Source: a bacterium (GTDB taxonomy: Bacteria > Patescibacteriota > Minisyncoccia > Phycocordibacterales > UBA2100). From it: 46,555 nucleotides of DNA. Under the pieces are notes generated by a model. It saw only the letters and a list, made by a program, of their open reading frames with translations, was not told the origin of the DNA and did no database searches. The first letter of the stretch is position 1. Each line of letters opens with the position of its first letter. Below, in pieces: positions 25,781 to 34,982 of the stretch. Both the position numbers and the translations under genes were made by a program. Location of the stretch: contig JAYPJF010000003.1 of NCBI GenBank assembly GCA_038128225.1, positions 1 through 46,555 of the forward strand, written 5' to 3'.

Positions 25781-26245
25781 ATGATTTCTGCACCTGAATT
25801 TGTGCGCGTGAGGGACGCGGGACTCCAACCGAGCGAATCTTTTACAAGGCGCGCCCAATCGGGCCCGTGCGTCCATATCTACGGACCTGAAACGTGTCTC
25901 ACTGAATTAAGTGAGTCCGAATGGAATGCCATCCAGCGGGCGATTGCGAGTTCAGATGCTTTGGTTTCTGTGGTGCATCTTGCGGTGAATCATGGGATAA
26001 ACGAAGATCGTGTGCGCAAGGTACTAGCTGAAGTGGTTGCCACACAGTTTGAACCACTACGGGAAGTGGGGGTTATCTCAAGGATCTCATATGGTTTTGG
26101 ATCAGGGGGGCCCCGGATCATCATCACCATTTTCGGTCCGTATGAGCTCGAAGCGAGACAGCGAACTATTCTGGGGCGTGTTGAGAATGTCGCGTTTCAG
26201 CACATGCACGAGTCTCCTCCCCGTGGAATACGAGTGACGCATTAG
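25781..26245 (+). CDS. Hypothetical protein (single-gene islet)
   Basis: SD GGAGGA before ATG 25781; followed by a hairpin; no family recognised. Confidence 0.55.
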   Translation: MISAPEFVRVRDAGLQPSESFTRRAQSGPCVHIYGPETCLTELSESEWNAIQRAIASSDALVSVVHLAVNHGINEDRVRKVLAEVVATQFEPLREVGVISRISYGFGSGGPRIIITIFGPYELEARQRTILGRVENVAFQHMHESPPRGIRVTH

Positions 26246-26249
26246 TTTT

Positions 26250-26273
26250 CGACCGCGCCTTAGGGCGCGGTCG
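26250..26273 (+). terminator. Hairpin
   Basis: CGACCGCGCC-TTAG-GGCGCGGTCG. Confidence 0.65.
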
Positions 26274-26293
26274 TTGCGTGATATACTTACGCA

Positions 26294-27148
26294 GTGAAGA
26301 CGCTGCGCGAGACAATGCAAGAGCTTCCAAAAAGTGAGGCGCTCGGGCATTTCAATATCTCGGATTCGACGCAAGTGCATGCAATTTTTGAGGCAGCGCG
26401 CGAACTGGGTGTCCCGGTTCTTATCGGTGTTTCAGAGGGAGAGGCGGAATTTTTTGGTGTGCCGCAGATCGCAGCGTTTGTGACGTCAATGCGGGTGCAC
26501 CATGAGTATCCAATCTTTCTCAATGCCGATCACGTACACACGGTGGAAGGATGCAAAAAAGCAATCGACGCAGGATTCGATTCAGTTATTTTTGATGGAG
26601 TGAAACTTTCCGAGGAGAAAAACATTGCAGGCGCAAAAGAAGTGGTTGCTTATGCGCGCAACAGCGGCCGCGATGTGCTTGTTGAGGCTGAGCTCGGGTA
26701 TATCGGAGCCTCAAGTAAGGTACTGGATGAAGTTCCTGAAGGTGCAGGACTTGACATGACGACCCCGGAATTAGCGGAGCGATTTGTTTCCGAAACGGGT
26801 ATCAACTTGCTTGCGCCATCTGTTGGGAATATTCATGGCATGTTAAAGAATGCTCCTGAGCCCAGACTTGATATTCCAAGGATTAAAGCTATCAGCGAAT
26901 CGGTGCAGGTGCCTCTTGTTTTGCACGGCGGATCAGGCACAAGCGACGAAGATTTTCGCGCGGCGATAGAGGCGGGGGTGCGCATCGTTCACATCAACAC
27001 CGAGATTCGTGTTGCGTATAGAAAGGGAATTGAATCGGCGTTTGCGAATGATCCGAACGAAGTCGCCCCGTACAAATATTTAGCTCAAGGAAAACGCGCG
27101 GTTACTGACGTGGCTTCAAAGCGGTTACACTTATTTATGAATCGGTAA
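26294..27148 (+). CDS. fba: Class II fructose-bisphosphate aldolase
   Basis: GHFN, NADH, GFDSVIFDG, EAELG, GNIHG, LVLHGGSG, HINTE. Confidence 0.95.
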   Translation: MKTLRETMQELPKSEALGHFNISDSTQVHAIFEAARELGVPVLIGVSEGEAEFFGVPQIAAFVTSMRVHHEYPIFLNADHVHTVEGCKKAIDAGFDSVIFDGVKLSEEKNIAGAKEVVAYARNSGRDVLVEAELGYIGASSKVLDEVPEGAGLDMTTPELAERFVSETGINLLAPSVGNIHGMLKNAPEPRLDIPRIKAISESVQVPLVLHGGSGTSDEDFRAAIEAGVRIVHINTEIRVAYRKGIESAFANDPNEVAPYKYLAQGKRAVTDVASKRLHLFMNR

Positions 27149-27150
27149 TT

Positions 27151-28122
27151 ATGGCTACCATCTATATAACGCGGGCGATACCAGACTCTGGTCCTCGGCT
27201 TCTTACGGATGCAGGACACGAAGTGATTGTGAGCCAGAAAGACGGCGTGCTTAGCGCAGAGGAGTTAGAAACCGAACTGCGGAAGCATGCACCTAGTGCG
27301 GTTATTTCACTTTTGACCGATGCAATCACTGGCGATATTTTTGACTCTGCTCCGCAGGCGAAAATTTTTGCAAATTACGCCGTAGGATATGACAACATTG
27401 ATCTTACTGCAGCAAGGGAGCGCGGCGTGGTTATTACAAATACCCCCGGAGTACTTACTGATTCAGTAGCCGAACACACTGCAGCACTGATTTTTGCTAT
27501 TACCAAGCGAATCCCCGAAGCGGATCGTTTTACACGCGCCGGCAAATATGCAGGATGGGCCCCAATGCTCCTACTAGGCTCTGACCTCAAAAATAAAGTA
27601 TTGGGTATTCTGGGAGCAGGAAGAATCGGGAGTCGCGTGGCGGAGATTCTAGGTGCCGGAGCCAAGATGCGTGTAATTTATAATGACATCAAACAAAGTC
27701 CTGATATGGAACGGGCGACCGGCGCGCAGTTTAGGAGCACTGTAGAAGCGGTTCTTGCCGAAGCTGATGTGGTTTCAATACATGTGCCGCTACTCGACGC
27801 CACACGTCACTTACTTAACGCATCGCGCTTGAGGCAGATGAAGCCAACGGCGTATTTGGTCAACACATCGCGTGGACCGGTGATAGATGAAGCAGCGCTT
27901 GTTGACGCACTCCGCGCGGGCGTCATTCGTGGTGCCGCGTTAGATGTTTTTGAAAACGAACCCACGCTTGCTCCAGGACTTGTCGAACTCGATAATGTAA
28001 TTGTGACTCCACATACGGCATCTGCCACTGAAGAAACGCGGGCGCTGATGTCTGAGCTTGCAGCTCAAAATGTTCTCGCCTTTCTCGCAGGGAAAACTCC
28101 TCCTCATGTAGTCAATACATAG
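27151..28122 (+). CDS. D-isomer 2-hydroxyacid dehydrogenase (glyoxylate/glycerate reductase type)
   Basis: AVGYDNID, NTPGVLT, GAGRIG, NTSRG, LDVFENEP, TPHTAS. Confidence 0.93.
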   Translation: MATIYITRAIPDSGPRLLTDAGHEVIVSQKDGVLSAEELETELRKHAPSAVISLLTDAITGDIFDSAPQAKIFANYAVGYDNIDLTAARERGVVITNTPGVLTDSVAEHTAALIFAITKRIPEADRFTRAGKYAGWAPMLLLGSDLKNKVLGILGAGRIGSRVAEILGAGAKMRVIYNDIKQSPDMERATGAQFRSTVEAVLAEADVVSIHVPLLDATRHLLNASRLRQMKPTAYLVNTSRGPVIDEAALVDALRAGVIRGAALDVFENEPTLAPGLVELDNVIVTPHTASATEETRALMSELAAQNVLAFLAGKTPPHVVNT

Positions 28123-28131
28123 CACGCATGA

Positions 28132-28158
28132 ATCCGGGACTTATGGCAAGTCCCGGAT
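28132..28158. terminator. Hairpin between convergent genes
   Basis: ATCCGGGACTT-ATGGC-AAGTCCCGGAT. Confidence 0.65.
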
Positions 28159-28168
28159 ACCTAATGCT

Positions 28169-28438
28169 TCAAATCGCTCGAGGCGGTGACCCAAACACCA
28201 GCCGAAGTTGGAAAACGACTTGGCCGTTTCGTATTTTTTTTGCAAGTTCCTCATGAGCGATCACCTCCCCGCCGCCTTCGTATTGGTACAGTGGTACCTT
28301 CCGCGGCGCTCCAGTTTTTTGGCTGAGAATACTCGCGAATGAGTGAGTACTGCGCATGGTTGGTCGCCTCATGAAGAGGCGCAAGACTTCGTCGCGGTCG
28401 AGCATGGGCTCGAAGTCTCCCATAGGGCTATGCTTCAT
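28169..28438 (-). CDS. Small hypothetical protein (single-gene islet)
   Basis: GAGGTG SD on the minus strand just upstream of ATG; 89 aa. Confidence 0.5.
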   Translation of the reverse strand: MKHSPMGDFEPMLDRDEVLRLFMRRPTMRSTHSFASILSQKTGAPRKVPLYQYEGGGEVIAHEELAKKIRNGQVVFQLRLVFGSPPRAI

Positions 28439-28574
28439 TGGACACCTCGCTCTCTCCCCGTCTTAAAGGTAGCATGTTTGTGTTTCGTGGGCACGTGACA
28501 ATTAACGGCTTTGGAATCAAGTGCCAGCGACTGCATCCTTGATTTTCATACGTTTGTCAGTATACTCGTAGCTC

Positions 28575-29210
28575 ATGTTAACACTGGCAGTCAAAAAGCG
28601 AGGAACCGAGGAAAGTGCCGCACACGTGCGTACGCGCGGTTTCGTTCCTGCTGTTTTTTACGGTAACAAAGAAGCAGCTACTCCTATCGAATTTGAAAAG
28701 CGTGCGTTTGATAAGTTGTGGCGAGAAGCGGGCGAGACCACGATTGTCACCTTGAACGGCCTTGAGGAGCCGAAAGAAGTTTTGATAAAAGAGGTGATGC
28801 AACACCCGGTGACTGGTACTGTTGAGCATGTTGATTTTTACGTGCTTGAAAAAGGAAAGAAAATCGAAATCGCAATCCCTATTGAATTCGTGGGTGAAGC
28901 ACCAATTGAAAAAGACGGAGGTGTTATCGTTAAATCACTTCATGAAATTGAGATTGAGGTTGATCCGCGCAACATGCCGCAGCATTTCGTTGTCGACCTT
29001 TCTGTTCTAGTGACAATGGACAGTGCGGTGCATGCAAAAGATATTGCACTTCCCTCAGGAGCGTTACTTATGATTGATCCCGAGGCTACGGTAGTTTCAG
29101 TGACCGAGAAGGAAGCGGAGCCGACTCCAGAAGAAGCAGCACAAGGTCCAGATCTCACTGCGCCAGTGCCTGAAGGAGAGGTGGCGCCACAAGAAGAAGC
29201 GAAAGAATAG
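28575..29210 (+). CDS. rplY: 50S ribosomal protein bL25 (Ctc form)
   Basis: RTRGFVPAVFYG, HVDFY, IPIEFVGEAP, acidic tail. Confidence 0.93.
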   Translation: MLTLAVKKRGTEESAAHVRTRGFVPAVFYGNKEAATPIEFEKRAFDKLWREAGETTIVTLNGLEEPKEVLIKEVMQHPVTGTVEHVDFYVLEKGKKIEIAIPIEFVGEAPIEKDGGVIVKSLHEIEIEVDPRNMPQHFVVDLSVLVTMDSAVHAKDIALPSGALLMIDPEATVVSVTEKEAEPTPEEAAQGPDLTAPVPEGEVAPQEEAKE

Positions 29211-29244
29211 TCTTCGTACGACGTCGGTAGTATATACTGACACT

Positions 29245-30522
29245 ATGCGCATATTTGTAACAGTAAGCCTCCTGTTGCTTTTTTGTGCGTGGATTTCTTA
29301 TGCGTATGCTGAGACTGATGAAGAGCGTCGGTTGCGTCTTCAGTCGGAATTGCAGCAAATTGAGCTCGATATCGAACAAAAAAGAGGTGTTCTTAAAGAG
29401 AAGCAAGCCGAGCGCACGACACTCGAGCGTGATGTTGCTATCCTCGATGCGCAGATTGAAAAAGCGCAGCTTTCCATAAAATACCGAACTATTACGCTCA
29501 CCCAATTAAGCTCCGAGATCACTGACAAATTGAAAACAATCACGGCGCTTGATGAGAAGGTAGTGCGTAGCGAAGCATCTCTTGCACAACTCATTCGGCG
29601 CACGCGCGAGATGGACGAGACAACACTTGCTGAACTTGCGCTCAGTGGCTCGCTTAACGATGTGTTCGCGGACATTGATTCGTTTGAAGCGATCGAGCGC
29701 AGTATGCAGACGTCGTTTGACGAAATTGCTGCGTTGCGCGCCGATCTTTCAGAACGCAAGCGAGGACTTGAAGAGCGGCATGAAGAAGAGGATGAGTTGC
29801 GGAAAGTCCAAACTCTCGAAAAACAAGCTATTGAACGGAAAGAAAAAGAAAAGCAGCAGGTGTTGAAAGAAACAAAAGGACAAGAGAAAGCGTACCAAGA
29901 CATTATCAGCGAGCGAGAAAAAAACGCAGCCGAAATCCGTGCGGCATTGTTTGGCTTGCGTGACTCATCAGCTATCAAATTTGAGGATGCATACCGCTTC
30001 GCCAAAGAAGCAAGTGTAAAAACAGGGGTACGCTCCGCAGTTATCCTCGGAATCTTGGCCGAGGAATCTAACTTGGGCGAGAATGTTGGTACAGGAAATT
30101 GGAAGACGGATATGAAACCCGAGCGTGACTGGGAGCCATTTAAACAAATAACGAGTGAACTTGGATTGAATCCAGATACGATGCCAGTCTCTAAAAAGGC
30201 ATGGTATGGCTGGGGAGGTGCGATGGGGCCGGCGCAATTCATCCCCTCTACCTGGATGCTCTACAAAGATCGCATTGCAAATGCAGCAGGGCAGACGCCG
30301 CCTAATCCTTGGGACGCACGCACGGCTATTTTTGCGACTGCCATTCTCATGATGGACAACGGAGCCGATAAAGGGACCCGCGCGGCAGAGCGACTTGCGG
30401 CACTGCGCTATCTTGCGGGTTGGAAAAATGCGACGAGACCTGAGTATGCATTTTATGGGGATGATGTAATGGAGTTAGCAGATAAATTCCAAGGACAAAT
30501 AGATATTTTGGAAGGGAGGTAG
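29245..30522 (+). CDS. Coiled-coil lytic murein transglycosylase (MltB/SLT_2-like)
   Basis: Signal peptide, long coiled coil, ILAEESNLG, GAMGPAQFIPSTW. Confidence 0.85.
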   Translation: MRIFVTVSLLLLFCAWISYAYAETDEERRLRLQSELQQIELDIEQKRGVLKEKQAERTTLERDVAILDAQIEKAQLSIKYRTITLTQLSSEITDKLKTITALDEKVVRSEASLAQLIRRTREMDETTLAELALSGSLNDVFADIDSFEAIERSMQTSFDEIAALRADLSERKRGLEERHEEEDELRKVQTLEKQAIERKEKEKQQVLKETKGQEKAYQDIISEREKNAAEIRAALFGLRDSSAIKFEDAYRFAKEASVKTGVRSAVILGILAEESNLGENVGTGNWKTDMKPERDWEPFKQITSELGLNPDTMPVSKKAWYGWGGAMGPAQFIPSTWMLYKDRIANAAGQTPPNPWDARTAIFATAILMMDNGADKGTRAAERLAALRYLAGWKNATRPEYAFYGDDVMELADKFQGQIDILEGR

Positions 30523-30523
30523 A

Positions 30524-30551
30524 TTGACTTTATAAACAGGCATTGTATAGT
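30524..30551 (+). promoter_or_regulatory. sigma70-like promoter
   Basis: TTGACT-N16-TATAGT. Confidence 0.6.
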
Positions 30552-30583
30552 TTTTTAGGAGTGCAATAAAAGAGAGGTGCTAC

Positions 30584-31006
30584 ATGCGCGCAGTCGAAAG
30601 TCTTCGTAGACTCTTTTTGTCCCCCGAACAGCGCGAATTCCTGCGTAGAAGGGACGGTGAGTCAAGGGCGTATGTTGTCGAAGCTAATGCCTATATTGAC
30701 CGGCTCCACGCCGATTCTGTCTACGGCACGCTATGGCAACTGATTCGCGACACCGTCGGCGAAGCGCGCTTCCGGCGATGTCGTCACGGTGAAGAGGAGG
30801 TCGCCGCGAAGCGGCTCGGCGGTGTATTTCTGAATCACCCTGACTACGAGGTCATCTCGTGGCGAGGTGATCTGAGCGGTACACTCCCCGGTGGGCGTAT
30901 TCTGCACACGGAGAGCGGGAGGACGTTCGACGTTATCATCTTCCTGAATCTCGCCTTCGACCTCACCGAGCGATCAGGCGACGAGAGTCGATGGCCGGTA
31001 GTCTGA
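30584..31006 (+). CDS. Hypothetical protein (single-gene islet)
   Basis: Own promoter, SD AGAGGTG and downstream palindrome; no family recognised. Confidence 0.6.
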   Translation: MRAVESLRRLFLSPEQREFLRRRDGESRAYVVEANAYIDRLHADSVYGTLWQLIRDTVGEARFRRCRHGEEEVAAKRLGGVFLNHPDYEVISWRGDLSGTLPGGRILHTESGRTFDVIIFLNLAFDLTERSGDESRWPVV

Positions 31007-31017
31007 ACTCAACTTCC

Positions 31018-31051
31018 GTCACCCCGCAAGTCGTACGACTTGCGGGGTGAC
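31018..31051. terminator. 34-bp perfect palindrome / terminator
   Basis: GTCACCCCGCAAGTCGT|ACGACTTGCGGGGTGAC followed by TTCTTTTT. Confidence 0.8.
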
Positions 31052-31076
31052 TTCTTTTTATGTATAGTGCCAGTCC

Positions 31077-31331
31077 ATGAAAGCAGACATTCATCCGGCA
31101 GAATATCGCGGGGTCATTTTCGAGGACGTCTCAAGCGGCGCGCGTTTTTTGATTGCGTCAACAGTAGAAACAAATGAGAAATCGAAATGGACTGACGGGA
31201 AAGAATATCCGCTCCTGAAAGTTGAAATCTCTTCTGCGTCTCACCCGTTTTACACTGGTCAGAGCAAGGTTGTGGATACCGCTGGTCGTGTTGAGAAATT
31301 CAAAGCACGCCGAGCTGCGGCTAAGAAATAA
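31077..31331 (+). CDS. rpmE2: 50S ribosomal protein bL31, type B (no Cys)
   Basis: [25 protein letters not shown]. Confidence 0.93.
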   Translation: MKADIHPAEYRGVIFEDVSSGARFLIASTVETNEKSKWTDGKEYPLLKVEISSASHPFYTGQSKVVDTAGRVEKFKARRAAAKK

Positions 31332-31346
31332 CGACACGAGTCCCCC

Positions 31347-31365
31347 GACCCCGCGCCGCGGGGTT
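31347..31365 (+). terminator. Short GC hairpin after rpmE
   Basis: GACCCCGC-GCC-GCGGGGTT. Confidence 0.45.
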
Positions 31366-31378
31366 CTATACTATACCT

Positions 31379-32362
31379 ATGGTGAAATCATTCGATCCAA
31401 CACAATACGCAAACGATCATCGGGTCTCCTATTTGCTGCAAGAATGGGAACGGTTAATGCACGCCGAAGAAGACGCACGAGAACTATTACAGACGGATGC
31501 CTCTATGCAGGAATTGGTTGATAAAGAACTTGCGGATATTGATGCGCAAAAAAACACGCTTATTGAGCAAATCGAAGCGATCACAAAAGAGGAGGAAGAC
31601 GCCGAGTCTCCTGCGGAATTAGTACTTGAGGTGCGTGCGGGTGCTGGCGGTGACGAAGCGGCACTCTTTGCTGCCGAGCTTGCAGCGATGTATATCAAGT
31701 ACGCGGAACTTAGAGGATGGAAAACAAAAGTACTGTACGACTCTCGAACGTCGCTTGGAGGTTTTAAAGAAGCGTCGTTTGAGATTAAAGGGAAAGACGC
31801 ATACGATCTTTTGAAATACGAAACAGGAGTGCATCGCGTACAGCGAATTCCAGAAACCGAAAAGCAGGGGCGAGTACATACGTCGACCGCATCCATTGCG
31901 ATGCTTCCGGTATACAAGCGCACGAAGATTGAAGTAAGCCCGACGGACATCGAGATGGAGTTTTCGCGGGCAGGCGGCAAAGGTGGTCAAAACGTGAACA
32001 AAGTCGAGACGGCGGTGCGGCTCATACACAAACCCACTGGTATTGATGTGCGCTGTACGTCAGAGCGCAGCCAACAGCAAAACCGTGAAAAAGCTATGCA
32101 GCTGTTGCTTTCCAAACTTCAGGTGCGCAAAGACGAAGAAGAGGCAAAAAAACGCTCAGGTGATCGTGCTGCCCAGATTGGTACGGGGGATCGTTCAGAA
32201 AAGATACGCACGTATAATTTTCCGCAAGATCGCGTAACCGACCATCGCATCAAAGAATCCTGGTCAAATCTTGAAGCGATACTTATGGGTCGCATCGATC
32301 CTATTCTTGAAGCATTGAGCACAAAAGCTTCCGAACTAGCGGAGCCGGTTGCGGAAGAATAA
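31379..32362 (+). CDS. prfA: Peptide chain release factor 1 (short N-terminus)
   Basis: [21 protein letters not shown] (PxT), [15 protein letters not shown]. Confidence 0.93.
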   Translation: MVKSFDPTQYANDHRVSYLLQEWERLMHAEEDARELLQTDASMQELVDKELADIDAQKNTLIEQIEAITKEEEDAESPAELVLEVRAGAGGDEAALFAAELAAMYIKYAELRGWKTKVLYDSRTSLGGFKEASFEIKGKDAYDLLKYETGVHRVQRIPETEKQGRVHTSTASIAMLPVYKRTKIEVSPTDIEMEFSRAGGKGGQNVNKVETAVRLIHKPTGIDVRCTSERSQQQNREKAMQLLLSKLQVRKDEEEAKKRSGDRAAQIGTGDRSEKIRTYNFPQDRVTDHRIKESWSNLEAILMGRIDPILEALSTKASELAEPVAEE

Positions 32363-32386
32363 TATTTCTGGTAGAATCGCGCGCGT

Positions 32387-33088
32387 ATGGCAACCATACA
32401 AGAAACTGATGTAAAAGCGCTTTTCGACGTCGGCGCGCACTTCGGCTATCAGCGCGGACGCCGCCACCCTACCGCTGCTCCTTTCATTTTTACCACCAAA
32501 GACCGCAGCGATATTTTTGATCTAGCTCAGACAGCGCAACGTTTTACTGAAGCACGAGAATTTATTTCAAAATGTGCCACAGAAGGCAAAACAGTCCTTT
32601 TTGTGGGTGGTAAAGCGGAAGTCGCAACTCTCGTAAAAGCAGCTGCGGAGAAAGTGGGCATGCCTTATGTTGCGAGTCGCTGGGTAGGAGGCACGCTCAC
32701 CAATTTCAAACAAATCCGCCGACGTATCGATCGAATGGAGAAACTTACTGAAGAACGAGATCGGGGCGAGCGCACCAAATACACGAAGCGCGAACGACTT
32801 ATGCTTGATCGGGAGATCGAGGAACTCGAAGCTCGATTTGGTGGCTTGCGCGCACTCACCGAGGTTCCTGCGGCACTTTTCGTTGTCGACGCGCGCCATG
32901 AATCAATCGCGGTTGCGGAAGCGAATCAGCTCACTATTCCTGTTGTTGCTCTCGCGAGTTCAGATTGTGATTTTTCGATGATTCAATATCCAATTCCTGC
33001 AAATGATAGTACGATGCAAAGTGTGAAATTCTTTGTTGGAGCAATCGCTGATTCGTATCATAATAAGAAAGCAGCAAAAGCTGTGTAA
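32387..33088 (+). CDS. rpsB: 30S ribosomal protein uS2
   Basis: GAHFG, RWVGGTLTN, IPAND. Confidence 0.96.
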   Translation: MATIQETDVKALFDVGAHFGYQRGRRHPTAAPFIFTTKDRSDIFDLAQTAQRFTEAREFISKCATEGKTVLFVGGKAEVATLVKAAAEKVGMPYVASRWVGGTLTNFKQIRRRIDRMEKLTEERDRGERTKYTKRERLMLDREIEELEARFGGLRALTEVPAALFVVDARHESIAVAEANQLTIPVVALASSDCDFSMIQYPIPANDSTMQSVKFFVGAIADSYHNKKAAKAV

Positions 33089-33090
33089 GT

Positions 33091-33672
33091 ATGGCGACGA
33101 CTGAAGAGATAAAGCGGCTGCGCGATGAGACCGGCGTATCGGTCATGCAGTGCAAAAAGGCACTCGAAGAAGCAAAAGGCGATATCGAAAAGGCAAAAGT
33201 AATTTTGCGGAAAGCGTCTGCAGCGATCGCGGCGAAAAAAGCTGATCGACAGCTCGGTTCTGGTGTTGTTGCTGCATATACACACGCGGGGGGTTCGGTA
33301 CTCGGTGCGGTTGTGCTTTTGTGCGAGAGCGATTTCGTATCTAAGAACAATGAATTTTCAAAACTCGCCTATGACATCGCGATGCATGTCGCAGCGATGA
33401 ATCCGCAATTTATCTCCCGGGCGCACGTACAAGAGCAAGACGTTGCAGCAGCGAAAGCGGTTTTTGAAGACGAGGCGAAAGATAAGCCGGCAGATATTCG
33501 AGAAAAAGTTGTTGCGGGGAAACTCGACAGTTACTTGAAAGAAAAAGTGCTCCTCGAACAGTCGTTTATAAAAGACGCGGAACGTACGATTACCGATTTA
33601 CTTACAGAAGCAACACAAAAATTCGGAGAGAAAGTGGAAATCGCACGTATTGAACGACTCACCGTGCGCTAA
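33091..33672 (+). CDS. tsf: Elongation factor Ts (short form)
   Basis: LRDETGVSVMQCKKAL, CESDFV, AMHVAAMNP, LLEQSF. Confidence 0.95.
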   Translation: MATTEEIKRLRDETGVSVMQCKKALEEAKGDIEKAKVILRKASAAIAAKKADRQLGSGVVAAYTHAGGSVLGAVVLLCESDFVSKNNEFSKLAYDIAMHVAAMNPQFISRAHVQEQDVAAAKAVFEDEAKDKPADIREKVVAGKLDSYLKEKVLLEQSFIKDAERTITDLLTEATQKFGEKVEIARIERLTVR

Positions 33673-33674
33673 CC

Positions 33675-34076
33675 ATGGTCTTTGGAGCAACAATCATTTT
33701 CGGCACATCTCTCAGTGGTTTGGTCGCTTTGTTCATGTTGAAAGCATGGGAAGATCGACGTGGGGTTACGATAGTGCCAGGGGTGCGAAACGCCTTGGAT
33801 GTGTACGCGCTTGAGGCGCGTGCGTTCCTCGTTTCGTTTGACGAGTGGATCGCCCACCTTCCGTCGCGCTCTGTTTTGTACGCGAGGTTTTTTGTCCACG
33901 TTACCGCGATGTCATTTGCGCGAGTCGCCCGTGCCGCAGAACGGGGTGCGCATCGCATTGCCGATCGGGTATCATTGAAGCACCGATTCGAGCGGCGCGA
34001 GACACAATCGGATTTTTTGAAAAAAGTAAGCGAGCATAAAAGCGGACTTGATTCGATTTCGCAGGTGCAGAAATGA
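33675..34076 (+). CDS. Hypothetical membrane-anchored protein
   Basis: N-terminal TM; coupled to tsf (2-nt gap). Confidence 0.6.
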   Translation: MVFGATIIFGTSLSGLVALFMLKAWEDRRGVTIVPGVRNALDVYALEARAFLVSFDEWIAHLPSRSVLYARFFVHVTAMSFARVARAAERGAHRIADRVSLKHRFERRETQSDFLKKVSEHKSGLDSISQVQK

Positions 34077-34100
34077 AATCTTTTGGTACTATGCTCGCAC

Positions 34101-34173
34101 GCCGCCTTAGCTCAGTTGGTAGAGCAACTGTTTTGTAAACAGTAGGTCCCCAGTTCGAGCCTGGGAGGCGGCT
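34101..34173 (+). tRNA. tRNA-Thr(TGT)
   Basis: Acceptor GCCGCC(T)/(A)GGCGGC, D-arm AGCTCAGTTGGTAGAGC, anticodon arm ACTGT-TTTGTAA-ACAGT, GTTCGAG T-loop; CCA not encoded (CCG). Confidence 0.95.
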
Positions 34174-34256
34174 CCGAAAAGTGAGTAGTGATTGTACAGT
34201 GCGGTCGAGTCGAAATCTTTCTGGCCTACCTGTACGAGTGCCTGTTCAGGAGTTTT

Positions 34257-34982
34257 TTACAGACGCTCTCGTGTATCCGAAACTGCACTCGGGGTGTTCT
34301 TTTTAACCGTGCTTGTTGCCGCTTCGGTTAAATCTTCGATATTTGGAACAAGACCGCTTACATCCTCGATGGATTTAAATCCGGAGTACGCTTTATCATT
34401 GATAACCAGAACAGGTAATTGCGCGGGTACATTGTTGATTGTGGCGAGGGTTTCGAGCGCCGGGACACCGATATGGTAGTCGAACGAGTATATGCGCAGT
34501 TGCGGGTAGTCTTCAGAAAGTTTGGTGAGTACGTATCCCTGGCGTTCACAGTCAGGGCAATCATCTTGGTTTGAATAGAAGTAGAGAATAAACACAGGTT
34601 CTAGTTTGCATTTCTGCGCAACGCGGCGCATGAGGATCAGGTCTTTAATTTGTAAGAGAGTATATTGTCGTTTCAGCTGGAGCACTTCCTCGTTTTCGGT
34701 TCCTAGATTTTCTTCCGTGTATGCGAGGCGACGAGAAAGGTTTGCAAGCTCTCGTGACAGTACTGAATTCTCACGGATGTCTGTACAGGAAAGTTCTTGG
34801 AGGAGGTCAAATTGCGTCTCGAGCGACAAAATATCAATTGCAATATTATCTTGAATTGTGCGGATGTTTTCGATTCGCGCAGTATTGAGACGATCGCTAA
34901 TATACAACGCAGTCGCAAAGATCACAGCAGTAATTCCGAAAGCGATAAGGTAGCGAATCCAGGACATAGATGTTATCTCCAC
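34257..34982 (-). CDS. Membrane-anchored coiled-coil + thioredoxin-like (CxxC) protein
   Basis: TM, coiled region, ILYFYS...CPDC, LPVLVIN. Confidence 0.7.
   Translation of the reverse strand: MEITSMSWIRYLIAFGITAVIFATALYISDRLNTARIENIRTIQDNIAIDILSLETQFDLLQELSCTDIRENSVLSRELANLSRRLAYTEENLGTENEEVLQLKRQYTLLQIKDLILMRRVAQKCKLEPVFILYFYSNQDDCPDCERQGYVLTKLSEDYPQLRIYSFDYHIGVPALETLATINNVPAQLPVLVINDKAYSGFKSIEDVSGLVPNIEDLTEAATSTVKKNTPSAVSDTRERL

Noticed and set aside
29340-30242. 300-aa minus-strand ORF
   Set aside because: Ser-rich antisense shadow of the coiled-coil transglycosylase.
31007-31060. Integron attC site
   Set aside because: An RYYYAAC-like ACTCAAC precedes the palindrome, but there is no matching GTTRRRY, no extrahelical bases and no integrase.
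31379-32362. RF2 with programmed frameshift explaining the short N-terminus
   Set aside because: Carries the RF1 PxT motif (PET), not SPF, and has its own -10 box before the ATG.
34101-34256. tRNA-targeted integrated element
   Set aside because: No integrase, and no duplicated tRNA 3' end noticed in the window.
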